A stretch of DNA of 64,000 bases from Eledone cirrhosa (lineage: Eukaryota). A program made the translations under genes and the position numbers. The stretch covers positions 25,978,001 through 26,042,000 of the forward strand of contig OZ024751.1 of NCBI GenBank assembly GCA_964016885.1. Reading direction: 5' to 3'. Positions 42,252 to 56,572 of the stretch are shown here, one piece after another; position 1 is the stretch's first letter, and each line of letters begins with the position of its first letter. The notes below the pieces were generated by a model, which did no database searches, was not told the DNA's origin, and was given only the letters and a program-made list of their open reading frames with translations.

Positions 42252-42752
42252 TTTATGTTGTAATAGTCTTTAACTATATATAATACTGTATGTTGTGGTA
42301 GTGTTTAACTATATTATTGTATGTTGTGGTAGTGTTTAACTATATTATTGTATGTTGTGGTAGTGTTTAACTATATTATTGTATGTTGTGGTAGTGTTTA
42401 ACTATATTATTGTATGTTGTGGTAGTGTTTAACTATATTATTGTATGTTGTGGTAGTCTTTAACTATATATAATACTGTATGTTGTGGTAGTGTTTAACT
42501 ATATTATTGTATGTTGTGGTAGTGTTTAACTATATTATTGTATGTTGTGGTAGTGTTTAACTATATTATTGTATGTTGTGGTAGTCTTTAACTATATTAT
42601 TGTATGTTGTGGTAGTCTTTAACTATATATAATACTGTATGTTGTGGTAGTGTTTAACTATATTATTGTATGTTGTGGTAGTGTTTAACTATATTATTGT
42701 ATGTTGTGGTAGTGTTTAACTATAATATTGTATGTTGTGGTAGTGTTTAACT
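42252..42752. repeat. 31-bp minisatellite (tgtatgttgtggtagtgtttaactatattat) x ~15 with longer variant units
   Basis: Read directly. Confidence 0.95.
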
Positions 42753-42942
42753 GTTCTGTTCAGAAAAGGTTCCTCATCAAAATAAAAACAAATAAATAAA
42801 ACAATATTGGTAGAATCAGTCAACAAAATTAGAGTAAAATAAAAAAAAAACAGTATTTTATACATAAAAATATTTTAAAAATCAAAAACACAAACATATG
42901 GTGTTTATATACATATATGTTTGCATATATATATACATATAG

Positions 42943-43119
<177 letters not shown>

Positions 43120-43128
43120 CATATATAT

Positions 43129-43175
<47 letters not shown>

Positions 43176-43458
43176 TATATTATAATTTCTCTATTTTCAT
43201 TTATATATATATATTGAAATCAAACCGAATTTTTAGTAAGAAATTTCTTTAAAATAAAGTTTTTAAAACCAAATTCCAGTTAAACGTCGTCGAGGGAATT
43301 TTTAAAAAATGACTCGGTGCTTCGAAAAATTGTTTTTCTTTTCATCTAAAGTGACTAAGTTAATGATTTTATATATATATATATATATATACATATATAC
43401 ACACACACACACATACACACATATATATATATATATGTGTGTGTATGCATATATATAA

Positions 43459-43531
<73 letters not shown>

Positions 43532-43598
43532 TATATATATTCCCTCTGATACATTAAAACTTTTGAGGAAATCCATAATATTAGATAATACTAATAAT

Positions 43599-43698
43599 TG
43601 TTTCTACTTTAGGCACAAGGCCAGCAATTACCCAGTACATTACTGGTACTTTATTTTATCGACCCCGTAAGGATGAAAGGCAAAGTTAACCTCGGCGG
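43599..43698 (-). mobile_element. 5'-truncated SINE A with a 15-bp TSD
   Basis: gataatactaataat at 43584-43598 and 43699-43713. Confidence 0.88.
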
Positions 43699-43740
43699 GA
43701 TAATACTAATAATGAAAAATATTTGTCGTGTGTATACTTG

Positions 43741-43985
43741 GACGGAGATAGACGTATATGGGCGGTGATAAACGGAAATGGGCGGAGATGGACGGTGATG
43801 GGCTGTTATAGGCGGAGATCGGCGGTGATAAGCGAGGAGGTGCGGAGTGAGCAGAGATGAGCGGAGATGAGTGAAGGTGATCGGAGGTGAACAGAGGTGA
43901 GCGGAGAATGAGCGGAAATGAGCGGAGACGAGCGGAGATGAGCTGTGATAAGTGGAGATGAGCGGAGGTGAGCGGAAATGGGAAG
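43741..43985. repeat. Degenerate 10-bp repeat (gcggagatga)n
   Basis: Read directly. Confidence 0.85.
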
Positions 43986-44105
43986 TCACTGTTTATGTAA
44001 TGTAAATAGTTTATTTGTTGGCCTCATATTAAAATATTTTGTTTTTATAAATCTTTTTTTTTTCAACTTTTCACTAATTAAAATTTTATTTGATGAAACC
44101 AATAT

Positions 44106-44189
<84 letters not shown>

Positions 44190-44819
44190 AGACAGTATTA
44201 CAGCGCAGGTAGTAGTAAGCTCGCAGTGCACGGAAGCTGTGTTGTCCATATGAAGAGGTAGATGGCTGTGTTTGAAGTTGAAGTGCCGATGAAAGAATTT
44301 CTGTCGGGGCCTTGTCGACAGGGCCGGAGTATTTTACTAAATGCTACATCTTGCCACTTGCCTGAGCAACTCAGAGATGCTTCTCTTCCGAGGAACGAGA
44401 ATAAAAAAAAAACTTATCTTACCTCAACTCAAGCTGGCCAGCCTCTCCAGACTACTGACGCCAATCGAGATAAATAGAAATAGCAGCCAGATGTCATTCT
44501 GGGGTCAGTATGTGCGAAGAGGTTTCGCTACATATGTATGTATATATATAGACAAAAGAACGAATGGAATAACAACAACCATACCCAAACAAACAATACT
44601 GACCTAAGGGAAATATAAATAAATAAATATATATATATATATATACACAAGTACAATAACAACAAACACACATAAACACATAAACATAGATAGAATACAA
44701 AACACATACACTCAAACACGATCACACACACCAAACAGGAATCACACACGCAAGCGCATGCGCAAACGGAGACAGCGACAAGAATAAATAAATTAATTAA
44801 TTAAATTAAATGGCGTAGG

Positions 44820-45118
44820 CATTACAATACAACTGGAGGAAACATAATAGTACCACTGATAATGTCACAGATGTGTGACGAAAGAACTTTGATAGACTAT
44901 ATATATATGTATGTATTTTTAAACGTTGGTCAATGAATGATAAACATTGATTGCCAGATAAATTAACTATGGAGATATAAAAGATACAGAAGCGCAAAAC
45001 GATCCAAACCAAAAAGTGAGTGTGTTTCATTATTATTTCTGGCAATATTATAACAACATGACCCTCCCCAAATATAACAATATATATATATATATTGTTA
45101 TATTTGGGGAGGGTCATA
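44820..45118 (+). mobile_element. P5 terminus plus an inverted second 3' end across (TA)n
   Basis: Homologous to 18140-18410. Palindrome atgaccctccccaaatataacaa-(TA)n-ttgttatatttggggagggtcat. Confidence 0.7.
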
Positions 45119-45944
45119 TTGTATGAAACTTTGTCCACAAAGGGAAAATGATGACAAATGAAACAGAACAAAGTAATGCATTACCCAGTATATTTCAACG
45201 TAATATTTCAGGGCTAAACCCCTCTTTTCAAATGTGCGGCTGAAACAGTTCCAAGCAAGAGGAACGATCGATTTTTTTTTTCTTTTTAACTGGCCTACCA
45301 GTCTGAAATACGCATGCATATATATCGAGGTCGATAAGAAAAAAGTACCAGTCTAGTACTGGTGTCGATTCTTCCACTATATCTCTTTCTCACTTCCTCT
45401 CTCTCACTTTCTATCCTCCTCTGGAAGAAATCTGCTGTAGTCATACCTGAAGAGGGATGGACTCCGTCAGGCTTAAAATACCCAGGGAACGCCATATTTC
45501 AATATGGCTGTCCTACGACGCTATCATGTGTTACGAGACCATCACTTCCACCAAGCCTGAATCTAATATAACTGTGAACAATTGCCTCCTGTGTTTTGTT
45601 TGATCATTTCAACTATATATGTGTGTGTGTAAATATATACATATATATATACATACATAGAGAGTGGAAGAAAGAGAGATGGAAGAGAAGAAAGATGGAC
45701 AGAAAAAAAAAACATTCTTAAGTATAATATATTATTAATAAGATTAATTTTCTACTTATGACAAGAATTAAAAATAAATCAAAGCTAGAAAACAAAAATA
45801 AAATTATTAAGTGTATATTAAAATATTGAGATATGCAATTATGTAATTCATATGAGAATCAAATAGTTCAAAGTATTATTACATCAAAACATTATATTAA
45901 AAACATAGAAACTCATAAAGTGTAGTATTAGTTAAATGGCAAGT

Positions 45945-46120
45945 TCAAAGTTGGTGGGGGGGGGGAAGTTATATTGAAGTGGGGGAGAAAGTTATATTGA
46001 AGTGGGAGAGAAAAGTTATATTGAAGTGGGGGAGAAAGTTATACTGAAGTGGGGGAGACAAGTTATATTAAGTGGGGGAGACAAGTTATATTGAAAGTGG
46101 GAGAAGATTATATTGAAAGT
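45945..46120. repeat. ~23-bp minisatellite (agttatattgaagtgggggagaa)
   Basis: About 7 units. Confidence 0.85.
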
Positions 46121-46169
46121 ATGGTCGGAGATACATCGGTTCTTCCGATGACTTCGTTTCAATATTATA

Positions 46170-46365
46170 TATACAAGAGTCAGGGGCCGACGGCTGAATT
46201 CTTGTCGTTTCAACAGCTAGTTCCAAACTCGAACTAGCTGTTGAAATGGCAAGAGCTCAGTCGTCAGGTCCCGACTCTTGTATACAGCCATACTCTACTA
46301 TCCCAAATATTGAGTACTCTTATGTGTAATGGTCTAACTATTAAAACTGGTTCTATTCTATCCTG
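46170..46365 (+). mobile_element. Older fold-back P3-related element
   Basis: Inverted repeat at 46170-46284, followed by the tail ctctactatcccaaatattgagtact. Confidence 0.7.
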
Positions 46366-46467
46366 ATATATATATATATATATAAAATACTGAGGTGTCG
46401 GTAAACAACCAACATATACTCAACATTTATATATATATATAGGGGTACTTAGATAATAATAAGTCAT

Positions 46468-46633
46468 TAATTGTTTCTACTTTAGGCACAAGGCCATCAA
46501 TTACCCAGTACATACCGTAAGGATGAAAGGCAAAGTTAACCTCGGCGGGATTTGAACTCAGGCTGCAAAGGGACGTAACTATGCTGGAAAGCATGGCGTC
46601 CGACCCTCTACCGATACTGCCAATCCACCGCCC
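46468..46633 (-). mobile_element. SINE A with an internal deletion
   Basis: Matches 13769-13957 minus ~25 bp. Confidence 0.88.
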
Positions 46634-46822
46634 TCTTAAAGACTAAAAATAATATAGGATAATAATATTGCTATGTGCAATTGAGTTAAATATTAATATT
46701 ATTATGTTAAATAATTAAACTGAAGAGAAGAAAAACTCAAAATATACTATAAATTGCTATAAACTCTATTGAAAGAATTTAGTTATAAAACACGGAGAAG
46801 GATATTCTAATTATGACTTGAT

Positions 46823-46912
46823 CATAGTTCCCCTTATTAAAGTAAACTATTACATAGTTCCCCTTATTAAAGTAAGCTATTACATAGTTCCCCTTATTAA
46901 AGTAAACTATTA
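46823..46912. repeat. 30-bp tandem x3
   Basis: catagttccccttattaaagtaaactatta. Confidence 0.9.
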
Positions 46913-47302
46913 AACTTTTGTTCGATCATGGACCATGTTAAACACAACAAAAAAACGAAAATTTATGCACGCAGGAAATAATAAGTTAATTTTTCCGTTT
47001 CAAAGGTTCAGGCACAGACTTAGTTATCTGTAAGGCACAAAATACATTCGGAACTCCCACCGTATGATTTGGTTAATAATAGGTCACTAAAGGATATAAT
47101 TAAATTTCTACTTGCACAACGCAAGTAAAGTAGAATTGTTTTCTTATTTACATTATTAAAATAATGTAAGTGTAAATAGTGCCACTGCTTTAATGAGTTA
47201 GAAGTGACACCAATATGTTAATTTATACTATTTCTAGTTATGATGCACATATATACAACATTCATGACATTTAAGGAGACAATTGTCTGGTATTCTGTAT
47301 TC

Positions 47303-47470
47303 GAAGGGCCAGCCTTGTCACATTCTGTGTCACGCTGAATCTCCCTGAGAACTACGTTAAGGGTATGCGTTTTTGTGGCATGCTCAGCCATTTGCACGTT
47401 AATTTCACGAGCAGGCTATTCCATTGATCGTATCAACTGGAACACTCGTCGTCGTAACCGACGGAGTACT
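47303..47470 (-). mobile_element. SINE family C 3' body
   Basis: Homologous to 20380-20532 and 38010-38066. Confidence 0.6.
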
Positions 47471-47749
47471 GCTACTAATATCAGATATTCTACAATTAAA
47501 CTCTAAATTTATATTACTATCCTTTAAGGGAATATTTGGATTCCTTGTTTCATGTTTAGGGTTAAGTGTTTTATCCAGATTATGATGATTTGTATTCCTA
47601 AACTTCAGAATTTTATTTAATTTCATTTGGTCAGTGTTGGTCTGATTATTTAACTTATTAAACTTGGGCCTAGTCGGGTCACTCGTTCTATGATATCCAA
47701 TATATGATGTATGTTTTCCAGAGATTCTAGTATTATTATTAATCCTTAC

Positions 47750-47950
47750 TAGGGCGGTAGAGCGTCAGACAGCATGCTTTGCGGCATATAGTTACGGTTT
47801 TTTACGTTGTAAATTAAAATCCAGCCGAGGTTATCTTTGCCTTTCATCCTTACGGGGTCGATCAAAAAAGCACCAGTGACGCACTAAGGTCAATTTAATG
47901 GACTTTTCCGCTCCCTTCGAATTGCTGGCTTTGTACCAAATGTAAAACAA
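47750..47950 (+). mobile_element. SINE A-related copy
   Basis: Core tttgcctttcatccttacggggtcgat. Confidence 0.75.
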
Positions 47951-48557
47951 TACACACTAAGACTAACAGAAACCTACCTGGGAGGGAAGTTTAAAAACTT
48001 TATTTATTAAAACAATGTATAGAGAGAAAGTGGGTGGGTGATACAGGGGGAAGGGGGGAGAAGAGGAAGAGAGTGGGAGGGAAAGAAGAATGAGAATAAG
48101 ATATATATAGAGAGAGAAATGGAAAGAATGAGAGGAAGAGAACGAATGATGGGAAGAGAGAGGGTGAGAGAGAGAGAGTAAGATACAGGGAGAGGAAGGG
48201 AAAGGAAGAGAGAGAGGGAAAGGAGGGGAGAGAGGTAAAAAGAAGATCAAAGACAGATAAGTGTGTAACATTTCTGTTTCTCGTGTCTTGAAGCAATTAA
48301 GGTGATGAGAAGTACTGTACTGACACTAATTACCTTTCCACCGAGTAGTGATGACAAAAAAGTATTAGGTTGAAACAGTGCACAGGTATACACAGGTGTA
48401 CACAGGTGTATATAGGTGTATATAGGTGTATATAGGTGTATTTAGGTGTATATAGGTGTATTCAGGTGGACTGTCTATCAGTTCAAACAGACTGTCATTT
48501 TAACATGAAGTCAATCGGGAAGTTAAGCGCTATTACACGTGTGTGTGCACATCTATA

Positions 48558-48634
<77 letters not shown>

Positions 48635-48761
48635 ATATCTATACACGCGTGTGTGTTCATATCTATACACGTGTGTGTGTGTGTGTGTGTGTGCATATCT
48701 ATACACGTGTGTGTGTGTGTGCATATCTATACACGTGTGTGTGTGTGTGTGCATATCTATA

Positions 48762-48796
<35 letters not shown>

Positions 48797-48859
48797 ATAT
48801 CTATACACGTGTCTGTGCATATCTATACGTTTATTCGCCCAATTTTCCTTGGAACCTAC

Positions 48860-48966
48860 CTAATAATTGTTCGCGGAAACCATCGAATATTGGCGAAATC
48901 GTAAATATCTTCCGCCATTTTTTTATTTTTTGCGGCTTTTTTCGTGACAATATATTTGCTTTTCAT
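48860..48966 (-). other. Candidate first coding exon (MKSKYIVTKKAAKNKK-MAEDIYDFANIRWFPRTII..)
   Basis: AAAATGGCG start context (also a YY1 motif) at 48918, an in-frame upstream ATG and an AG|GTAGGT donor, in a CpG-containing unique island. Confidence 0.3.
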
Positions 48967-49024
48967 CGCTACCTTGATTAAATCTTAACCATCTAACATG
49001 TCAGGGTATGTCATGTATCATTTT

Positions 49025-49089
49025 ATTTTATCTGATGAGGACGTACTGTTGAACCTGATTCAGTACCTCTGAAATATGTATAATAAAAT
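49025..49089 (+). ncRNA. Minimal hammerhead motif in a P2-type terminus (49010-49210)
   Basis: attttat-CTGATGA-..gtactg..cagtac..-GAAA-tatgta-TA|ataaaat. Confidence 0.7.
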
Positions 49090-49225
49090 GTAATTGATCA
49101 CAAGAATATCTATTTTTTTAATATTTGAATTAATATTAATAACTCTGGAAAATATCCACTGTAGAGTGCTTCCAATCTACTGTACTCATTGAATCTTGGT
49201 TAACTCTTTAATATATATATATATG

Positions 49226-49323
<98 letters not shown>

Positions 49324-49347
49324 TATATATATTCTTGAATATATATA

Positions 49348-49399
<52 letters not shown>

Positions 49400-49400
<1 letters not shown>

Positions 49401-49601
49401 ACGAGTAGGACCCCGACGGCTGAGCTCAAGCCGTTTCGACGGCTAATTCTGGACTAAAATATTTTAGTCCAGAATTAGCCGTCGAAACTGCTTGAGCTCA
49501 GCCGTCGGGGTCCTACTCGTTCCTATTACCCAGTCTACTACCCTAAGTATTGAGTACTTTGGTGCGTTACGGTCCACTTGGTTCCTTACCACATTTCCTT
49601 C

Positions 49602-49605
<4 letters not shown>
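49400..49605 (+). mobile_element. Fold-back P3 mini-element: 122-bp spacerless palindrome plus tail
   Basis: Arms at 49400-49460 and 49461-49521 with one mismatch, and (TA)n on both sides. Confidence 0.85.
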
Positions 49606-49637
<32 letters not shown>

Positions 49638-49890
49638 GAGTTGATATAGTTGCCCTTTTTCTTAACAAGCGAGTGACTTTTTGGAAAAGGTTATATAAAA
49701 TTTAAATGATTATTGTTTGTGACTTGCAACTGTTGTGACGACATTAATAGCAAAGTGCGTTGTGTGAGAATACGAAGAGAGAGAAATATAGAAATATGGA
49801 TGTAGTAATAAATACCGCATTTTAGAATGTCCCTTTTTGAGCTTGGAATGTAAATGTGAGTAAATATAATCTCAGCTTTCATATATATAC

Positions 49891-49978
<88 letters not shown>

Positions 49979-50101
49979 ATAAATATATATGTGTATATAT
50001 AAATATATATGCATACGCTTATATATATATATATATAGGTATATGTATGTATACATACATGCATACGTATACCTATATATATGTGCGTATATAATTTATA
50101 C

Positions 50102-50153
<52 letters not shown>

Positions 50154-50171
50154 ATATATATTCATATATAT

Positions 50172-50202
<31 letters not shown>

Positions 50203-50586
50203 TAGAGAGAGAGAGAGAGTGAGAGAGAGTGATGATAAAATATATACATACGTATGCATCCCCCTCCCCACACACCCCACACCCCCACCTCACCCCACAC
50301 ACCCCACACCCCCACCTCACCCCACACACACTCACGGGACGTCCAATTTATTTCTTATTCAAAATTGGAAGTTTTCTTTCGTATTTATATTTTCAAGAAT
50401 ATATGATTTACAACAATCAATTTGGAACCAGAAACTTGCTATAGACACACATAAACATATACATATATATATACACACACACACACATATAAACACATAC
50501 ATATATACACACACACACACATAAACACATACAGATATATATATACACACATACATAAACACACACATATATATATAAATACACAT

Positions 50587-50645
<59 letters not shown>

Positions 50646-50735
50646 CACATATACACACATATATATATTATACACACATATATATATATATAAATACACA
50701 CACACGCACATATATATATATATATAAATACACAT

Positions 50736-50798
<63 letters not shown>

Positions 50799-50882
50799 CA
50801 CATATACACACATATATATATTATACACACATATATATATATATAAATACACAAACACACACATATATATATAAATACACAT

Positions 50883-50919
<37 letters not shown>

Positions 50920-51259
50920 AATACACATATACACACATATATATATTATACACACACATATATATATATATAAATACACACACACGCACATATATATATA
51001 TATAAATACACATACACACATATAAACACATATATATATAAATACATACACACACACACATATATATATAAATACACACACACATATACACTCATATATA
51101 CATATACACACACACATAAACACACACATATATACACACACATATATATATATAAATACACACACACACATATACACACATATATACATATACACACACA
51201 CGCACACACATATATATACACACATAGGTAACATAATGAATAAAATAACATAAATGACA

Positions 51260-51315
<56 letters not shown>

Positions 51316-51810
51316 ATGTGTGCCTGTGTGATAGTATGTATGTGTGAGTGTGTTATTGTGTGTGTGTGTGTGTGTGTGTATGATAGTATATATATGTGTG
51401 TGTGTATGATAGTATGTATATGTGTGTATGATAGTATGTATGTGTGTGTGTATATGTGTGTGTGTATATGTGTGTGTGTATGTATGTGTGTGTGTGTATA
51501 TATGGGTGTGTGTATATGTGTGTGTGTATGTGTGTGTGTGTGTGAGTCAGTGTGTGTGTTTGTGTGGGTGGGTGGGTGGGTGTGTATGTGTGTGTGTGTA
51601 TATATGTGTGTGTGTATGTATGTGTATGTGTGTATATATGGGTGTGTGTATATGTGTGTGTGTATGTGTGTGTGTGTGTGAGTCAGTGTGTGTGTGTGTA
51701 TGTGTGTGGGGGGGGTGTATATATGTGTGTGTGTATATATGTGTGTGTGTATGTATGTGTATGTGTGTATATATGGGTGTGTGTATATGTGTGTGTGTAT
51801 GTGTGTGAGT

Positions 51811-51858
<48 letters not shown>

Positions 51859-52073
51859 GTGTGTGTGAGCGAGTGTATGTGTGTTTAACTAATTCTAACC
51901 CACCAATAAAACCTGTGTTAGATAAACACGGGTTATAGAAACAAAAGAATGTTTATATCGGATCTGAAATATTCTGAGAGTAAATTTAAATTTAAAAAAT
52001 GCTTAATGTTTCGTGAAATGACTAAAGAATAGGATAGAAATATATGGTGTAGATAGATAGATAGATAGATAGA

Positions 52074-52680
52074 TTTCTTTATTTACCATAAAGGCATAAA
52101 AAGAAGGGACAAATACAAAGGGGGAGTTTACATATAATCGAGTAAAAAGGGTGTAACATGAAAATAATCGAAAATAACCTCAAAAGGGAGGGGACGTGAT
52201 GGGGGTTGCACACACCCCCGAAAAAGTGTGCAATCCTTTGCCCGGGGAGCACATGGAGAAGGTGCTCCCCTCTCCTTTACTTCTTTACCTACAGGATGGT
52301 ATACAGAGAAGGCCCATTTACACGAGCCATTCTCGCCACTATCACCCACCTTTCATAAAACTGCCTGTGGCCAAGCACCTCTCTCTCCATTCTTATCCTT
52401 CTTCCGAAGTGATATCGGAAGAAGTAGACCAGACTATGGCCAGAGAGGAAGTTGCCTGACCTCAGACCTTTCAATCGTGTCCACCAAACAACCTCTTTCA
52501 ACATGGCTATTACGCACAGAAAAACCGCCTTTGCTTCCTTTGTGAAGAGGGGAGGCGGTTTGATTGTCATCACGGACTCGGCGGTCAATTTAATCGGCGC
52601 CACCCGCGACAGCAGTTGTTCGGCGTAGCCCCACAGATCAGCCACGCCCGGACATTGCACCAATGCGTGCGCCACGGTTC
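52074..52680 (-). mobile_element. Tx1-clade LINE copy C in (GATA)n
   Basis: VAHALVQCP..KEVVWWTRLKGL..RMARVNGPSLY, ending AATAAAGAAA|TCTATC. Confidence 0.9.
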
Positions 52681-52753
<73 letters not shown>

Positions 52754-52754
<1 letters not shown>

Positions 52755-53114
52755 TTCTTTATTTACCATAAAGGCATAAAAAGAAGAGACAAATACAAAG
52801 GGGGAGTTTACATAAAATCGAGTAAAAAGGGTATAAAATGAAAATAATTGAAAACAACCTCAAAAGGGAGGGACGTGATGGGGGTTGCACACACCCCCGA
52901 AAAAGTGTGCAATCCTTTGCCCGGGGAGCACATGGAGAAGGTGCTCCTCTCTCCTTCACTTCTCTACCTACAGGATGGTATACAGAGAAGGCCCATTTAC
53001 ACGAGCCATTCTCGCCACTATCACCCACCTTTCATAAAACTGCCTGTGGCCAAGCACCTCTCTCTCCATTCGTATCCTTCTTCCGAAGTGATATCGGAAG
53101 AAGTAGACCAGACG
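52754..53114 (-). mobile_element. Tx1-clade LINE copy D in (GATA)n
   Basis: Near-identical to copy C but with a different 5' truncation. (GATA)n lies on both sides. Confidence 0.9.
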
Positions 53115-53118
53115 ATAG

Positions 53119-53612
<494 letters not shown>

Positions 53613-53723
53613 TTAACCGCGTGATCGGGTGTCCAACCCGATTATGCCCCCGCGCATATACTCACACATGCATACATGTATATACATATATATATATACA
53701 TATATACATATGCATACATGTAT

Positions 53724-53820
<97 letters not shown>

Positions 53821-53831
53821 TATATATATAT

Positions 53832-54238
53832 ATAATATAAGATCAAAAGATGGTTAAAAGAATTCCAAGTATTTTATTATGCGCATTTCAAAAACAAATA
53901 TCATCATGGGATAATATCTGCGTTTTCATCAGATAAAATAGATAAATACATGATATGAAGCTTAAAAAACAATTGTGAATAGTGAAGTTTTAAATCAACA
54001 TATTCACAAATGTTTTTTTAAGCTTCATATCATGTATCCCTATTTTATCTGATGAAAACGCAGATATCATCCCATGATGATATTTGTTTTTGAAATGCGC
54101 ATAATAAAATACTTGGAACTCTTTTAATCATCTTTTGATCTTATATTATTTATACTCCAGTCTTACAAACTGTAGAGTGCTACTTATCCGATATTTGCAT
54201 TGCTTTATTGTGCTACAATAAAACTCACCTCTTACATA
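53832..54238 (+). mobile_element. Fold-back P2-type element with two inverted hammerhead motifs
   Basis: About 148-bp inverted arms (53833-53981, 54001-54148), then a 3' tail running into (TA)n. Confidence 0.85.
54041..54111 (+). ncRNA. Minimal type I hammerhead ribozyme (inverted twin at 53870-53940)
   Basis: tattttat-CTGATGA-helix II (cagatatcatc/gatgatatttg)-GAAA-TGCGCA-TA|ataaaata. Helix I is 8 bp and helix III is the palindrome ATGCGCAT. Confidence 0.8.
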
Positions 54239-54438
54239 TATACATATGCATACATGTATATATATATTTAGACGTTTTTGGATGGCCATTGACCCTTGAG
54301 TTATTCTCCCCTATATACATACATACTTACATACATACACACATATAATCAGACATACTCTCATACTTATACACATACACACATACATATACACATACAT
54401 ATACACATACACACATACACATATACATATACACACAT

Positions 54439-54469
<31 letters not shown>

Positions 54470-55084
54470 CACATATGCACATACACACATACACATACCC
54501 ACACATAGATTCACACACACATATACATTTATATAAATGTGTGTGTAGGTGTGTATGGGAATGTGTGTGTGGTTTAATTTAATAATCCACCCGTTGGTGG
54601 TGGTTAGATATATTGATTTGGCGGGAAAATGATCGAAGTAATTGATTTCTTTATCCAAACGATTAATTTAAGAGAAAGTAACAACGATTTTATTGTAATT
54701 CTTTCACACGAAACACGTTCAAGAAAAATGATAAATATCAGTCAATGTATATTATATATATGTGTGTATATATGTGTGTGTATATGTGTGTGTTTATATG
54801 TATGTCTGTGTGTATGTATTTATATGTATGTCTGTGTGCAGGTATGTGTGTGAGTGTGTGTGTAAGTATTTATATGTATGTTTGTGTGCATGAATGTGTG
54901 TGAGTGTGTGTGTATGTATTTATATATATATGTCTGTGTACATGTATGTGTGGGAGTGTGTGTGTGGGAGTATGCGTGTGTGTGAGGATGTATGTATATG
55001 CATATATACATACATATGTACATATATTATACATATATATTTATATATATATAACATGCGTGGGCTTTATATATATATATATAT

Positions 55085-55119
<35 letters not shown>

Positions 55120-55204
55120 TACGTAATATTGTACATTTAATATTTATATATAAACAATATGTGTAACATATACATATATAAATATATATATCATTTTTTG
55201 TTGT

Positions 55205-55417
<213 letters not shown>

Positions 55418-55737
55418 GAAGTAATTCCGTCGGAAAGGTCCAAGAAAAAAGAGTGCTCTATGGAGGTTACAGAGCTTAATAGTTGTGTAATAAACAACAT
55501 AAGATAATTATTTCATTTACCAGTGGTTTCTTGAAAGCAAACAAAATTTACTTTCAGTCATCAGAATGAAAAAATCCTGGTGTATTTATTGACAGTGGAT
55601 TTTAAAAACAAAAATATAATCTATATGAAAGTGAGGCTGGAAAAGGAAGAAGGAAAGGAAAAAGAATAAATATAAAAGTAGATAAACACACATGCACCCA
55701 CACACACACACACACACATACACATATACATACACAC

Positions 55738-55771
<34 letters not shown>

Positions 55772-55878
55772 ATACACACATATATACACATACACATATA
55801 TATATATATATACATACATATGTATATATACATATCCATACATACGCATACACACAAATACACAAACACACACACATG

Positions 55879-55912
<34 letters not shown>

Positions 55913-56054
55913 TAATCATACATATATACACACGTACATAGATACACATACATACACACATATACACGCATACATACGCACACACATATATAGATATATG
56001 TACACACACCTACATACGCACACACACAATTAATTATAAGAAAAAAATAATAAT

Positions 56055-56137
56055 TGTTTCTACGTTTGGCACAAGGCCAGCAATTACCCAGTACATTACT
56101 GGTACTTTATTTTATCAACCCCGTAAGGATGAAAGGC
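56055..56137 (-). mobile_element. 5'-truncated SINE A with a 17-bp TSD
   Basis: aagaaaaaaataataat at 56038-56054 and 56138-56154. Confidence 0.85.
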
Positions 56138-56406
56138 AAGAAAAAAATAATAATAAAAAATAAAAATAAAAACAATGGACAACCATATAACGCAATAGGC
56201 CGTCACATAAAAATAAAAAAAATATATATACGACTTAAGAAAATAAAAATAAAAATTATTATAAAGTTGACAGCGATACAGGAAAGGACACAAATAAATA
56301 AACAAACACACGTGGTAAGCAATACACACATTTACACATACACATACATACATATAAATATATACATACACACACACACACATACACACACATATACATA
56401 TATATC

Positions 56407-56572
56407 AGAGCTGTATGGGAGCATCCCAAAAGTCAGCTCAAAAGTGACACAGAGGAGACTGAGGTAGCTGGACATGCTCACCGACATCCAGAGTTGACAT
56501 TGCACTCAGTGCTCCTTTGGGAGCCCCTACATGGACACACTGGAAGAGGAAGACCAAGGGGCACATTTGAGA
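56407..56572 (+). mobile_element. RTE/RTEX-like LINE C-terminal fragment (different family)
   Basis: ELYGSIPKVSSKVTQRRLR/AGHAHRHPELTLHSVLLWEPLHGHTGRGRP. Confidence 0.75.

Noticed and set aside
44190-44530. Possible highly decayed Tx1/L1 ORF2 relic (FWGQYVRRGF), and similarly 34280-34478 on the minus strand
   Set aside because: The similarity is too patchy to support by eye and needs a translated search.
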